Positions 52,193-61,226 of a stretch of DNA of 64,000 nucleotides are shown here, piece by piece. Position 1 is the stretch's first letter. Every line of letters starts with the position of its first letter. Position numbers and translations under genes: made by a program. The DNA comes from a virus: positions 1-64,000 of IMG/VR virus record IMGVR_UViG_3300036832_000330; one strand, given 5' to 3'. Under the pieces are notes generated by a model. That model did no database searches. It worked only from the letters and a program-made list of their open reading frames with translations, and was not told the origin of the DNA.

Positions 52193-52752
52193 TGAGCTTT
52201 CCTACCTACGCCGATCCCATCCCCACCCCGGCTCCCCTCACGTCGGGCACCACCACTCAGAGCTTCACTGACCCTCTGGGTGACGTGTGGGTAGCCAAGA
52301 ACGGGGTCAGAGGTGGCAACTGGTACCGGGCCAGGGACGTGCTGCGTTGTCACTACAGTCGGGCCGCAGCCTTCAACTTCACCAACGCCAATGTTGTCCT
52401 CGCATATGACACGGTGAACACGGGTGGCGATTCATACGGCCTTATGGCGGGGGGTGCCTTCACGGCACCAGTAGCCGGTGTCTATATGTGGTTCCTTCAG
52501 GTTTGTGGCACGGCTACAGCCGCCGCTCAGTGGTTTCAGTTGACGGGTCTAAACAATGGGGCGTTTGGCTGGAGCCAAAACCGTGTCTATGCTGTGGGGG
52601 CGGGCAACGTCACCCTTTCAGTGACCGATTCACAGCCCCTGAACGCTACTGACACCATACAGCCGCAGATCATCTGTTCAGCAGCTTCTCTGGCTGGTGT
52701 TGCCAACGGACTACTCACCTATGGATTCTTCAACTACATGGGGACGGGCTGA
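52192..52752 (+). CDS. C1q-like receptor-binding cassette 2
   Basis: Same N-terminus; GAFTAPVAGVY. Confidence 0.75.
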   Translation: MSFPTYADPIPTPAPLTSGTTTQSFTDPLGDVWVAKNGVRGGNWYRARDVLRCHYSRAAAFNFTNANVVLAYDTVNTGGDSYGLMAGGAFTAPVAGVYMWFLQVCGTATAAAQWFQLTGLNNGAFGWSQNRVYAVGAGNVTLSVTDSQPLNATDTIQPQIICSAASLAGVANGLLTYGFFNYMGTG

Positions 52753-53339
52753 TGAGCTTTATCGAAGTACCTAGCTACGCGCCCATGATCAACCTGCCAC
52801 CTCCGGTCACGTCAGGCAGTGGGCTTCAGACCTTCACTGATGTGCTGGGTGACCTGTGGGTGGCGCAGAATGGCACGGCAGGGGGAGCCTGGAAGCGAGC
52901 CAGGGACGTGTTGCATGCTCGGGTCTACCGCAATGCCGCTTTCAACTGCAACAGCGGCACCTTGACCCTGGTGCCGATGGACGGGGTGTATCGGGACGCC
53001 TGGGGGATGAGTGATGGCAGCGGGATCGCTTTCCTCGTCACCGGAGCGTTCGCCGTCACCATGCAACTTGGCTTCGTGGCGACGGTAGCGGCACAGTGGA
53101 TGATGACCCGTGCCTATGTTGGGCCGGTTGGGTCAGAACTACTCCTCGGAGCGGCACAGAACGCTTCGGCCATCGCATCCGGCACTTGGTCGGCCAGTGT
53201 GACGTTCAACCATGTGGTTACGAACGCCGCTTCTCATGTGCTGACCCAAGTGACCGCCAGCGGGACCATGGCGTTATCGGTGGCTGCCGGAAGCCCGACT
53301 TGGTGCTGGCTGTCAGTGAGCTATCTAGGGACGGGCTGA
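52752..53339 (+). CDS. C1q-like receptor-binding cassette 3
   Basis: Same N-terminus; ends YLGTG. Confidence 0.72.
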   Translation: MSFIEVPSYAPMINLPPPVTSGSGLQTFTDVLGDLWVAQNGTAGGAWKRARDVLHARVYRNAAFNCNSGTLTLVPMDGVYRDAWGMSDGSGIAFLVTGAFAVTMQLGFVATVAAQWMMTRAYVGPVGSELLLGAAQNASAIASGTWSASVTFNHVVTNAASHVLTQVTASGTMALSVAAGSPTWCWLSVSYLGTG

Positions 53340-53905
53340 TGTCAACTACTGAGTTTGCTGCTTACGTTCCGCTCATTCCGCTGCCTGCCCCGGTCACCTC
53401 GGGCAGCGCCATCCAGGTCTACACCGACCCCTATGGCGATGTGTGGGTGGCGAAGAACGGTGTGGACAGTGGCAACTGGCATCGAGCCAGGGATGTGCTG
53501 TACTGCCGGATTACCCGAACCGCTGCCTACACCCTCCCGGCTAGCCCCAACGGGGTGGCAATGCCGTGGGACGGAGCAGTAGCGGGCCAAGACAAATATG
53601 GCATGTACAATGGCACCGGCATCACGGTCCCTATTGGCGGGATTTGGATGTTTGGGGCGGTTATTGAGCTAAACAATACGGCAGTGAATCAAGTCCTTGG
53701 TTACTATGTGGGGGCGAGTCGATCATCTACCAACCAGATGCCTGGCACTGGCTTCCCGCTGCGTGTAGCTCACACCACCACACAGATTACGGCAGCCAAT
53801 GCGGCTGTCAACGTCGTATTTGAGTACACGACAGCAAGCCTGGTGATGACGGTTGGTACCGGGGATCGTTGCCACATGTGGGCGCAATACTTGGGGACGA
53901 GCTAA
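53339..53905 (+). CDS. C1q-like receptor-binding cassette 4
   Basis: Same N-terminus; GITVPIGGIW; ends YLGTS. Confidence 0.72.
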   Translation: MSTTEFAAYVPLIPLPAPVTSGSAIQVYTDPYGDVWVAKNGVDSGNWHRARDVLYCRITRTAAYTLPASPNGVAMPWDGAVAGQDKYGMYNGTGITVPIGGIWMFGAVIELNNTAVNQVLGYYVGASRSSTNQMPGTGFPLRVAHTTTQITAANAAVNVVFEYTTASLVMTVGTGDRCHMWAQYLGTS

Positions 53906-53917
53906 AAGGAGGAACAT

Positions 53918-54499
53918 GTGAGTTATCTGACCTACGCCCTGCTGACTGAGGACGTGAACTTCGGGAGGAGATCACGGGCCTGCATCAACTACACAGCCAA
54001 CCTCAAGAACCAGGACAGTGATCCTGCCATAGCGGCACTGGCGAACGACTTGCTGAAGCAGGAGCCGTTGCAGACTGTCGTCCTGCTGAACTCCATCTGT
54101 GCTGGCCCGAACTTCAGCGACATCGTGGACAACGGCGACGGCACCATCGACTCGTCCAAGATCACTGACGAGGACATCACTTCCCACACCGACAATATGT
54201 TCTCTGAGGTGGCGAGGATCTTCTATCCGTACTCGGCAGACACTCCACCTTCACAGCCGGTGATCAGCGGAGTGGATCCGACCAGCGGTAGCAAGGGCAC
54301 CACCATCACTATCTCTGGGGTAGCACTGAGCGGGACCACGAATGTCGCCCTGAATGATCTTGACTGCACCAACCTCAACGTGGTCAGCGACACTGAGGTC
54401 ACGGCAGACACGCCACTCGATACCGGCAAGGGTGTCTGGCCCCTCGTGGTGACGGTGGATGGCACCGACATCACCGGCCCAATCTTCCAGGTCACCTAG
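53918..54499 (+). CDS. IPT/TIG-domain protein
   Basis: PVISGVDPTSGSKGTTITISG...VVSDTEVTA.TP. Confidence 0.8.
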   Translation: MSYLTYALLTEDVNFGRRSRACINYTANLKNQDSDPAIAALANDLLKQEPLQTVVLLNSICAGPNFSDIVDNGDGTIDSSKITDEDITSHTDNMFSEVARIFYPYSADTPPSQPVISGVDPTSGSKGTTITISGVALSGTTNVALNDLDCTNLNVVSDTEVTADTPLDTGKGVWPLVVTVDGTDITGPIFQVT

Positions 54500-54509
54500 G
54501 ATCTGACCA

Positions 54510-54851
54510 GTGATTGACGGCCCGCGCCCGGTGCGCCTTCAGAACTCTGGCGACATCTACCAGGAGCTTGGCCCCAACTATTCCTCCCAGGAGCTACTGG
54601 TCACCGCGGCCCTGCGGACGGCCATGATCCCCGGCCAGGAGATCGTGGCTGAGGTGCGGCCCCCCATCCCTACTCTGGGCGATCCCTTCCCGCCCCGGTA
54701 CGGGTACGCCCCCTACCAGGATCGCCAGGCCACCATCCAGGAGGCCCTCGACGTGAACCGGAGCTACCCGAATCGTCGCTGGGATCTCTCGGGCGGGGTA
54801 GCCGGCTGGCAGGGCGCAGCGCGTAACGTAGGTGTGGAAGATGTCTGGTAG
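54510..54851 (+). CDS. Hypothetical protein
   Basis: 113-aa ORF with TAGGAT 7 nt upstream of GTG. Confidence 0.65.
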   Translation: MIDGPRPVRLQNSGDIYQELGPNYSSQELLVTAALRTAMIPGQEIVAEVRPPIPTLGDPFPPRYGYAPYQDRQATIQEALDVNRSYPNRRWDLSGGVAGWQGAARNVGVEDVW

Positions 54852-54859
54852 GAGGACAC

Positions 54860-55144
54860 ATGTCTGATCTGTTCGGAGGAGGTCGGGGAGCGCCCGAAGG
54901 GATCGGCCCCATCGAGGGCCTGGCACCCTCACCAGGAGCGGGACCGGGACGCATCCTGGGCCTGTCCCAGGCCCTCAAGCTCGGTGGTGACCTGGGTGGC
55001 CCCCTGGCTCAGCACTTCATCAATCGGGCCAAGGCCCGAAAGGACTTCAACGACGCCCCGGCGGATGATCCTCTTGGCGCAGACGATGGCAACTTGATCA
55101 AGACTGCTGGCGCTGGACCCATTGATCCAGCGGTGGTCCCCTAG
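54860..55144 (+). CDS. Hypothetical protein
   Basis: AGGAGG RBS. Confidence 0.65.
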   Translation: MSDLFGGGRGAPEGIGPIEGLAPSPGAGPGRILGLSQALKLGGDLGGPLAQHFINRAKARKDFNDAPADDPLGADDGNLIKTAGAGPIDPAVVP

Positions 55145-55152
55145 GAGGACGC

Positions 55153-55395
55153 ATGGCTGAGAACAGAGACCGCAGCATGAATGCCGAACTCATAGACGGC
55201 ATGGTCGATGGCACCTACAAGCGTGTCATCCGCGACCGCTCCAACTACCCGGACCCTGACCGCCGGCTCCAGCGAGCCGACAGGCTGGCCCTCAACCATG
55301 GCACCAACGGCTTCGGTGTGGCTGAGGCCCCGGAGAAGCGCACGCCCGATGGCCGCTTCTCCCATGGCGTGGGCTTCATTCCCCCTGTCACCTGA
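55153..55395 (+). CDS. Hypothetical protein
   Basis: AGGAGG RBS; RSMNAEL..G..DG.YK. Confidence 0.7.
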   Translation: MAENRDRSMNAELIDGMVDGTYKRVIRDRSNYPDPDRRLQRADRLALNHGTNGFGVAEAPEKRTPDGRFSHGVGFIPPVT

Positions 55396-55913
55396 TGCCA
55401 CGTCTGTTGGTCTGCCGGGAGTGCAAGACCATCGAGGAACTCCCGCTCTACAACGGCTCGCCCAAGCTTGAGGCCCAGGATCCCCTCCTGGACAACCTCG
55501 TGCGCCGGCACGTCCAGGCCCATGACACCAAGGACGACACCGCTGCCCTCCTGGTGGCGTCGGAGGAGGCGTGCAACTGCGTCAAGTGCAAGGGTCGCTA
55601 CACCTTCTGGCAGGCCCACCGGGACGAGGTGTTGAAGGGCCTGGGCGAGCGGTGGACTGGCTTCCACCCGGAGTTCTACGCCACCAAGGACACCTACAAA
55701 GAAGATGCCATGCGGTGCTACAACATCCACCGCCGGCCCAAGGGCACCGACTGCATCGACTACCGCGACGACGGGCGCAAGCTGACCGGGAAGAACTGGC
55801 CCAGGGATAAGGCCGTCTACCTCTGTGACTTCTGCCCGGTGGAGACCCAGGTGACCACGGCCATCCGCCATGCCGCCGGCATGTACAAGAGAGCGCCAGG
55901 CGAAGTTGACTGA
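55395..55913 (+). CDS. Cys-rich hypothetical protein
   Basis: RLLVCREC.TIEELP...AM.CY..H.RP...YLCDFCPV. Confidence 0.75.
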   Translation: MPRLLVCRECKTIEELPLYNGSPKLEAQDPLLDNLVRRHVQAHDTKDDTAALLVASEEACNCVKCKGRYTFWQAHRDEVLKGLGERWTGFHPEFYATKDTYKEDAMRCYNIHRRPKGTDCIDYRDDGRKLTGKNWPRDKAVYLCDFCPVETQVTTAIRHAAGMYKRAPGEVD

Positions 55914-56166
55914 CCTCAACGGCTCGGAGCCGCCGCCCCAGCAGGTACTCACCCTGTTCCTGGTGGTGGTCGACCTGGATGGCTCCTCCAGGGCGGTCCT
56001 GGACACTGAAGAGCGGTTCATGGCCCAGCGCATCGCTGGCCCCAAGGATGTCTACCCGGCCCTGGCGAACGTCCTGGCTGACTTCGCCGGCCTCAAGGCA
56101 GCGGAGGCCATGGTCTCCTTCCAGATGCAGATGGCGCGACAGGCTGCTGCTCACCAGGAAGGCTGA
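55906..56166 (+). CDS. Hypothetical protein
   Basis: TTG start; TLFLVVVD.DG. Confidence 0.6.
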   Translation: MTDLNGSEPPPQQVLTLFLVVVDLDGSSRAVLDTEERFMAQRIAGPKDVYPALANVLADFAGLKAAEAMVSFQMQMARQAAAHQEG

Positions 56167-56205
56167 GGACTGTCTACAGAGGCCCCTACACGTCGCTGTG
56201 ACCGC

Positions 56206-56406
56206 CTACAGCCGACTCTGGGCAGTCCAGCCCTCCAGGTACTGGTAGGCGTCCTCCAGGGGCACTGAGGCATCGTGGGGGTGCCCACAGATCCACTCCC
56301 CCCAGCGGTCCCGGAAGCAAGGAGGACCGCTGGCGTCTTCCACCAGGAAGCTACGCCCAGAGGGACGTAGCTCCTGGGGAGTGCGGACGCCGCGCTGGAC
56401 TGCCAC
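56206..56406 (-). CDS. Small hypothetical protein
   Basis: GTG start overlapping the upstream TAG. Confidence 0.45.
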   Translation of the reverse strand: MAVQRGVRTPQELRPSGRSFLVEDASGPPCFRDRWGEWICGHPHDASVPLEDAYQYLEGWTAQSRL

Positions 56407-57038
56407 TAGGTGAAGGTCATACCGCCGGCCAGGGTGGCAGAGCCGCCCGTGGTGGTCACCTTCACGTCGACTGCCGGCGGGCCTGCCACGTTGGTGGTGC
56501 CAGTGGTGCAGGTCAGTTCGCCGTCGTTGACTACGACCACTGACGTGCAAGCCACGCCACCGATGGTCACGCTCGGAGCCGACACGCTGAAGCCGCCACC
56601 CATGATGGTGACTGGGGTGGCTGCGCCGTGGACTGCCGTGGTGGGGCTGATGGTGCCCACGCTCGGTGCCCCGCCCGTGATGCCGTTGATGGCATTGATG
56701 GCGTTGGTGTTGCCGGTGCTGGAGTTGGTCAGCCGGGTCTTCTCGGCGTTCAGGGCGGTGTTGGCAGCCAGGTCACGCTCCATGATCTGGGCATCCGGCC
56801 AGGTGACAGAGGCCGTCGCCACCGGGCTGATGGCCTGGCCTGGAGAGGTGGTGGGCGCGCCCGGTCCCGGCTGGTTGGGGGCCACGTTCATCTGCCCCCA
56901 GTTGGGGGTGTAGTACGGCGACATGCACCATTGGCTGGCGCTGACGATCTTGGGCTGCACCAGGGCAGCGGCAGCCTGGTTGGCCGGCAGTTCCTTGACG
57001 TTGATGATGTAGGGGAGGGTGGCGGGATCGTAGGGCAT
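56406..57038 (-). CDS. IPT/TIG-domain protein
   Basis: PSVGTISPT.....TPVTI.GGGF.....VTIGGVACT.V.VVND.ELTCT. Confidence 0.8.
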   Translation of the reverse strand: MPYDPATLPYIINVKELPANQAAAALVQPKIVSASQWCMSPYYTPNWGQMNVAPNQPGPGAPTTSPGQAISPVATASVTWPDAQIMERDLAANTALNAEKTRLTNSSTGNTNAINAINGITGGAPSVGTISPTTAVHGAATPVTIMGGGFSVSAPSVTIGGVACTSVVVVNDGELTCTTGTTNVAGPPAVDVKVTTTGGSATLAGGMTFT

Positions 57039-57814
57039 TACACATTCTCCTCTGTGACTTGTCCTGCTTCGGGATCAGAATGCGTGTGCGCGGGCACGTC
57101 CTCAGCTTGTTGCCCGTATCCAGCCTGTCGGTCCTGCTCTGTCTCTGGCTCTGGCTCTGACTCTGCCGCCACTTCCCGCTGCTGCTGCTCGGCCTCCGCT
57201 GCTGCCCCGGCTTCGGTCGGTCCCCTTCCTTCTCTCTCCTCGCCCTCTGCCACTTCCTCCTCTTCAGCTACGGGAGGCGTGTAGCCCTCCAGGCGGGGAT
57301 CCTCCACGATGACGCCGCTGGCAGCCATGGTCTCGACGTGATCCGCGATGTTGGCCTGGGCCATGGCGTGCTGCTCAGGAGGTAGCTGTAGACCCAGGTC
57401 TACGGACTCCGGGTTGCGCTCGATGAACTGCTGGGCGGCAGCGGTGTTGGCCGGCAGTTCGTCAGGGCTGTAGACCCGCTTGTAGGGGTCGACGGCCACC
57501 TCTACTGCCCCGGCCTCGACTTCACCCCTATCGACGGCCTCCTGCTCGGCCCTGGCCTGGGTGCCCTGGGGCGTGCCGGCAGCCTCCTGCTCAGCCTGAG
57601 CCTGGGTGCCCATCGGGGTGCCGGCAGCCTCCTGCTCGATCTCAGCCTGGGTGGGGCGACCGGCTTCTTGGCCTTCACTGGGCGCAGTGTCGGCGTCGTT
57701 CTGCTGAAGCCGGCTGATCAACTCGTCCTTGTTCCCTGAGGTGTGGAGGCTTCTGCTCCGAAGCTCGTCCCGTAGCTCTTCCACGGTCCTGTTCTGGTAC
57801 TGGTCATCAGCCAT
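57038..57814 (-). CDS. SAP-domain acidic protein
   Basis: YQNRTVEELRDELRSRSLHTSGNKDELISRL followed by Glu/Ala-rich repeats. Confidence 0.8.
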   Translation of the reverse strand: MADDQYQNRTVEELRDELRSRSLHTSGNKDELISRLQQNDADTAPSEGQEAGRPTQAEIEQEAAGTPMGTQAQAEQEAAGTPQGTQARAEQEAVDRGEVEAGAVEVAVDPYKRVYSPDELPANTAAAQQFIERNPESVDLGLQLPPEQHAMAQANIADHVETMAASGVIVEDPRLEGYTPPVAEEEEVAEGEEREGRGPTEAGAAAEAEQQQREVAAESEPEPETEQDRQAGYGQQAEDVPAHTHSDPEAGQVTEENV

Positions 57815-57879
57815 GCCCAAGTTTTACCCATGGCCTGGTCACCCCCTGTGTCACCCGACATGGGCACTAGGCTCAAGCC

Positions 57880-58101
57880 ATGGCGTTTCTTGAAGCAGCA
57901 GCACCTCTACTGGAGGGTGGCGCAGAGGCTGGTGGCGCTGGTGAGGGTCTGGGTGGCCTGAGCAAGATGCTTCCAGGCATGACACATGATTTCAACGACA
58001 ATCCTGTCTCCAAGATCACCCATGCCTTCATGGGGAACATCGGTACCCACGGCGGTGACCAGGAGAAAGCCAACATCGGAACCCTCGGGTCTCTCGCCTG
58101 A
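57880..58101 (+). CDS. Small hypothetical protein
   Basis: TAGGCT 6 nt upstream of ATG; terminator downstream. Confidence 0.6.
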   Translation: MAFLEAAAPLLEGGAEAGGAGEGLGGLSKMLPGMTHDFNDNPVSKITHAFMGNIGTHGGDQEKANIGTLGSLA

Positions 58102-58120
58102 TTTTTCCAGGCTGGACGCG

Positions 58121-58147
58121 AAGAGGCCCCCCTGGAGGGGGCCTCTT
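58121..58147. terminator. Likely bidirectional intrinsic terminator
   Basis: AAGAGGCCCCC-CTGGA-GGGGGCCTCTT, an 11-bp stem between convergent genes. Confidence 0.7.
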
Positions 58148-58242
58148 GCATGGCTAACCATGGCTACCACACCATGACCGCAACACCGTCCCCGGAGACC
58201 GACAAGCGACCGGAAAGGTACCGCTTTTTGCAGTGTAGCGGA

Positions 58243-58608
58243 TCAGGACGCCTGACGCACCAGCACCCGGCGAGGTGGTGCCGGCTCCTCCTCCTCCTCC
58301 TCCACCTGGGGTCGGATGCGCTCGTTGGTGTCCCACTCCTGGAGGCCCCGGCGAGCCAGAGTCTGCTGTACGTACTGGTACGGCCAGTTGTTCAGGTTGC
58401 GGGAGATCTCCATGATGCCCTGGCCGTCGAGGAACATGGCGACGATGGTCTCGTCCCGGATCTGGGACTCGTCCCACTTGGACATGGGGGTCTCGGAGCA
58501 GTCCTCGCAGCACCAGAACACGAACCGTCCTATGCGGCGTCGGTAGCCCATGAACACCCCGCAGGCGCGGCAGCGCATCTCCTGGAGTTCATCATCCTGG
58601 TCAGCCAT
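58243..58608 (-). CDS. Zn-finger + HTH protein
   Basis: CRAC...WCCEDC, then I..MFLDGQGIMEISRNL...YVQQTLARRG. Confidence 0.65.
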   Translation of the reverse strand: MADQDDELQEMRCRACGVFMGYRRRIGRFVFWCCEDCSETPMSKWDESQIRDETIVAMFLDGQGIMEISRNLNNWPYQYVQQTLARRGLQEWDTNERIRPQVEEEEEEPAPPRRVLVRQAS

Positions 58609-58730
58609 CAGTTCGGCCTCCCTCCAGAACGGCTGCATCTCTTCTTCGTGGCTGGGTCATTGTGGGTGTACAGCTTGCCCAGTTTGGTCAGAGTCACCTT
58701 CTTGGCGCAGTAAGGACAGCGGGTCTTCAT
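58608..58730 (-). CDS. 40-aa Zn-finger peptide
   Basis: Hand translation MKTRCPYCAKKVTLTKLGKLYTHNDPATKKRCSRSG; TGATG overlaps at both ends. Confidence 0.6.
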   Translation of the reverse strand: MKTRCPYCAKKVTLTKLGKLYTHNDPATKKRCSRSGGRPN

Positions 58731-58972
58731 CAGCCCGCCTTTCTGAGAGCGGCGATGACATCGTCCAGGTAGCTGGCCGGGAAGACCGCGCCGCTCATGT
58801 TCTGGCCGTTGGGGAGCAGGTTGATGCCGACTCTGATGTAGTCGTCGTTCCCCCCGGTGGTGATCCTGGTGACCCGAACCTCTCGACTGTCGCCTAGTTT
58901 GACTCGGCTCATGACCTTGGGGGGGCGGATGGTCCTGGTGGGGTTGGGCTTGGTGCTGTTCTTTTCAGGCAT
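58730..58972 (-). CDS. PC4/YdbC-like ssDNA-binding protein
   Basis: EVRVTR....G..DYIRV......G....G..FP...LDDVI.AL pattern. Confidence 0.5.
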   Translation of the reverse strand: MPEKNSTKPNPTRTIRPPKVMSRVKLGDSREVRVTRITTGGNDDYIRVGINLLPNGQNMSGAVFPASYLDDVIAALRKAG

Positions 58973-59198
58973 GGTTGTCTTTCATGTTAGTGGTTTTTTG
59001 AAGTCTTTCCTGCTCGTGCTTGAGGAACGTAAGGGTGTCCAGCCAGCCGGTGGTGTAGACCTTGCCGCCACCCACCACATAGATGGTGGCTCGACCACCC
59101 TTACGGACAACCCAGTCCCTGATGGTGCCTGCCTCCTTGGCGGCGCGTAGCTCGGAGCGCAGGATCGTCATGAGGTTGGGGGACAGCGGCTCGCTCAC
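58965..59198 (-). CDS. Hypothetical protein
   Basis: GTGA-coupled start. Confidence 0.55.
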   Translation of the reverse strand: MSEPLSPNLMTILRSELRAAKEAGTIRDWVVRKGGRATIYVVGGGKVYTTGWLDTLTFLKHEQERLQKTTNMKDNHA

Positions 59199-59656
59199 GG
59201 CCATACCGCGGTGGGATAGACATCGATCAGCCGGCGGCGGTACCTGTCGTAGGGCACCCAGACCGGCTGACCGGTGCGCTCGATCTCCTGCTGGATGTCC
59301 CAGTAGCGGTCGTAGCGGCGGCGATAGCGTGCCCGCACCGCCAGGTACCAGAGGGCGTAGATAGGCAGGGCCACGAAGACGAAGACGGCGTCGACTCCAC
59401 CGAAGACCGCCGCGCTGCCGAAGGCGATGAGCATGCCGGTGTACCAGCGTTCCCAGTGGTGCTTCTGGCTCTGCATCAGGGCTTCGCATCCGTAGGGATC
59501 CATGTAGCGCCCTAGTCTGCGCCGGCTCTTGACCTGGCGGAACGAGGGGGCTGGCGGCTTGGGAGAGCCGCGTAGCCCAGCCCAGTAGCTCTGAGAGTCG
59601 AGGAGGTAGCCGGCGTACTTCGGGTTCTGTTGCGGTGGTGGTAGTTGGATTGCCAT
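59195..59656 (-). CDS. Membrane protein (2 TM)
   Basis: Hydrophobic GMLIAFG...VFVFVALPIYALWY; leaderless start. Confidence 0.65.
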   Translation of the reverse strand: MAIQLPPPQQNPKYAGYLLDSQSYWAGLRGSPKPPAPSFRQVKSRRRLGRYMDPYGCEALMQSQKHHWERWYTGMLIAFGSAAVFGGVDAVFVFVALPIYALWYLAVRARYRRRYDRYWDIQQEIERTGQPVWVPYDRYRRRLIDVYPTAVWP

Positions 59657-59690
59657 GGCTACATGGTACCACATGTATGAGTGAACGTGG

Positions 59691-59858
59691 TCATGTTGCT
59701 AGGTCTTCTAGATTGATCTCGACCTTGCCCTTGACGAAGGCGTTGATGAGCAGGACTTCGGAGTTCATCAGGTCAACGGGCCGAAGCACGGCAGTGCCGT
59801 ACTCCGACTCGATCCTGATCCGCGGGTCAGTCTTGGGGGTCTGGATAGTGATCTTCAC
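59691..59858 (-). CDS. Small hypothetical protein
   Basis: Hand translation MKITIQTPKTDPRIRIESEYG...; AAGGAGG RBS. Confidence 0.6.
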   Translation of the reverse strand: MKITIQTPKTDPRIRIESEYGTAVLRPVDLMNSEVLLINAFVKGKVEINLEDLAT

Positions 59859-60286
59859 GCCGCCTCCTTGTAGTAGTAGCCATACACGGCGCGGGTGCCG
59901 TCCCGGCTGGGATCACCAGTGTCATGGATGACCCCGTCGATGACGGCGGTGTAGTGCTTGGAGCAGGCCACTACGAGCCGGCCCATCGGTAGCTCGCCCT
60001 CCTTCAAGTGGACCGTGGTGCCACTGCCGATGCTCATGGTGGGCACCCATGTCCAGCCCAGTTGCTCCATGAACCGGCGGCATGTTCGCTTGGACACACC
60101 GTTGCGAGAGCTAGAGCGCGTTGTGCCCTTGCCGGGTCGCTCCAGCTTGACCACCTCGTTCATGGTCTCGTAGATGTTGTTGTAGCCAAGCTCGGTGGCG
60201 ATGGCGATGGCTCGCACCACGCAGTCGCCCGCCGATCCTTTCCAGCCGGCAGCCTTGCGGCCACCGTCGTCGTAGACCCAGTTCAT
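59855..60286 (-). CDS. Conserved phage protein (papain-like Cys/His dyad possible)
   Basis: DGGR..AG..G.AGDCVVRAIAIAT...HYTAVIDG.IHDT.D. Confidence 0.75.
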   Translation of the reverse strand: MNWVYDDGGRKAAGWKGSAGDCVVRAIAIATELGYNNIYETMNEVVKLERPGKGTTRSSSRNGVSKRTCRRFMEQLGWTWVPTMSIGSGTTVHLKEGELPMGRLVVACSKHYTAVIDGVIHDTGDPSRDGTRAVYGYYYKEAA

Positions 60287-60543
60287 CGTGGCCTCTTCTT
60301 CAGCAGTGCCTTGGTCAGGGCCGCGCTCTGTGCCTGGAGAGCCTTCCTTTCCTCTTCAGTGAAGCGACTCTTCGGTGCGTTCTTTGCGTCTTCCCACTGG
60401 TAGGCGAGCTTGATGAGTTGACTGTCGGACATGGACTCCATGGAGTTGACTGTCTCCTCAGGGATCTCGGCGGTGACGAGGTCACCCTCCATCCCCCAGG
60501 TGCCAGTCTGTCGGTCAATGTATACGTGGTAGTTTTTTGCCAT
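60283..60543 (-). CDS. Hypothetical protein
   Basis: Leaderless start after TGGTAAACT. Confidence 0.65.
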   Translation of the reverse strand: MAKNYHVYIDRQTGTWGMEGDLVTAEIPEETVNSMESMSDSQLIKLAYQWEDAKNAPKSRFTEEERKALQAQSAALTKALLKKRPR

Positions 60544-60599
60544 GTGGACAGTTTACCACACCGCATGTGAAGAGTGTTGGCAGCATGTGAGGTAGATTA

Positions 60600-60615
60600 T
60601 GTGACGTACGTCACA
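60600..60615. promoter_or_regulatory. CRP/GlxR-type operator
   Basis: Perfect palindrome TGTGA-CGTACG-TCACA in a divergent intergenic region. Confidence 0.65.
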
Positions 60616-60660
60616 CCGGAACAGCGCACATCCATCTGCTCACTATGATATGCTGTACTC

Positions 60661-60900
60661 ATGGCTAACACCGATGACATCCGCAGGGAGATGATCGAGA
60701 CCGGGCAACCGGCAGTCGATCTCGCTGCCACCATAATCACTGACCAACCCACCTGGGACACCGACGCCCTGCGTCAGGAGTTTGAGGTGCTGGGCTTCGC
60801 CGCTCCCTTCGTCGTCGTTCGACGCAAGTCGGATGGTCAGAAGGGGTCGCTAGAGTTCACCCACAACCCGCGGGTGTACTTCAACTTCGTCGCTGACTGA
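60661..60900 (+). CDS. Conserved hypothetical phage protein
   Basis: WDT..L.QEFEV.GF.APFVVVRRKSDG.KGSLEF.H.PR.YF. Confidence 0.75.
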   Translation: MANTDDIRREMIETGQPAVDLAATIITDQPTWDTDALRQEFEVLGFAAPFVVVRRKSDGQKGSLEFTHNPRVYFNFVAD

Positions 60901-60908
60901 GAGGGTAG

Positions 60909-61226
60909 ATGGAACAGCCCACTTACGAGAGTGAGTTCCCCAAGCATCTCGGCCCGCCTCCGGTTCCTAACGGGACCGGGGGCAAGCTGCACGATGCCAC
61001 CAAGCCCACCTACCTGCTCCAGCTTGACTCTGGAGCCTTCATGGCTGTCTGGGAACACATGGAAGCTGAGGCACGGCACCGCTTCCCCACCAGGGGCACC
61101 TATGCCCACGCTCGCGCTTACCTGCGCGCCGTCGAGGCATTCCGCAAGTGCTACTGGGCCAACCACGAGGCCCCGGATCCTCCCAAGCCGACGCCGGTTC
61201 GCCGGCTGGTGAGGAGGGGACGATGA
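60909..61226 (+). CDS. Hypothetical protein
   Basis: GAGG RBS; C-terminal PVRRLVRRGR. Confidence 0.65.
   Translation: MEQPTYESEFPKHLGPPPVPNGTGGKLHDATKPTYLLQLDSGAFMAVWEHMEAEARHRFPTRGTYAHARAYLRAVEAFRKCYWANHEAPDPPKPTPVRRLVRRGR

Noticed and set aside
51204-53905. Diversity-generating retroelement or shufflon
   Set aside because: No reverse transcriptase or invertase. The cassettes share one orientation and differ far beyond adenine-specific changes.
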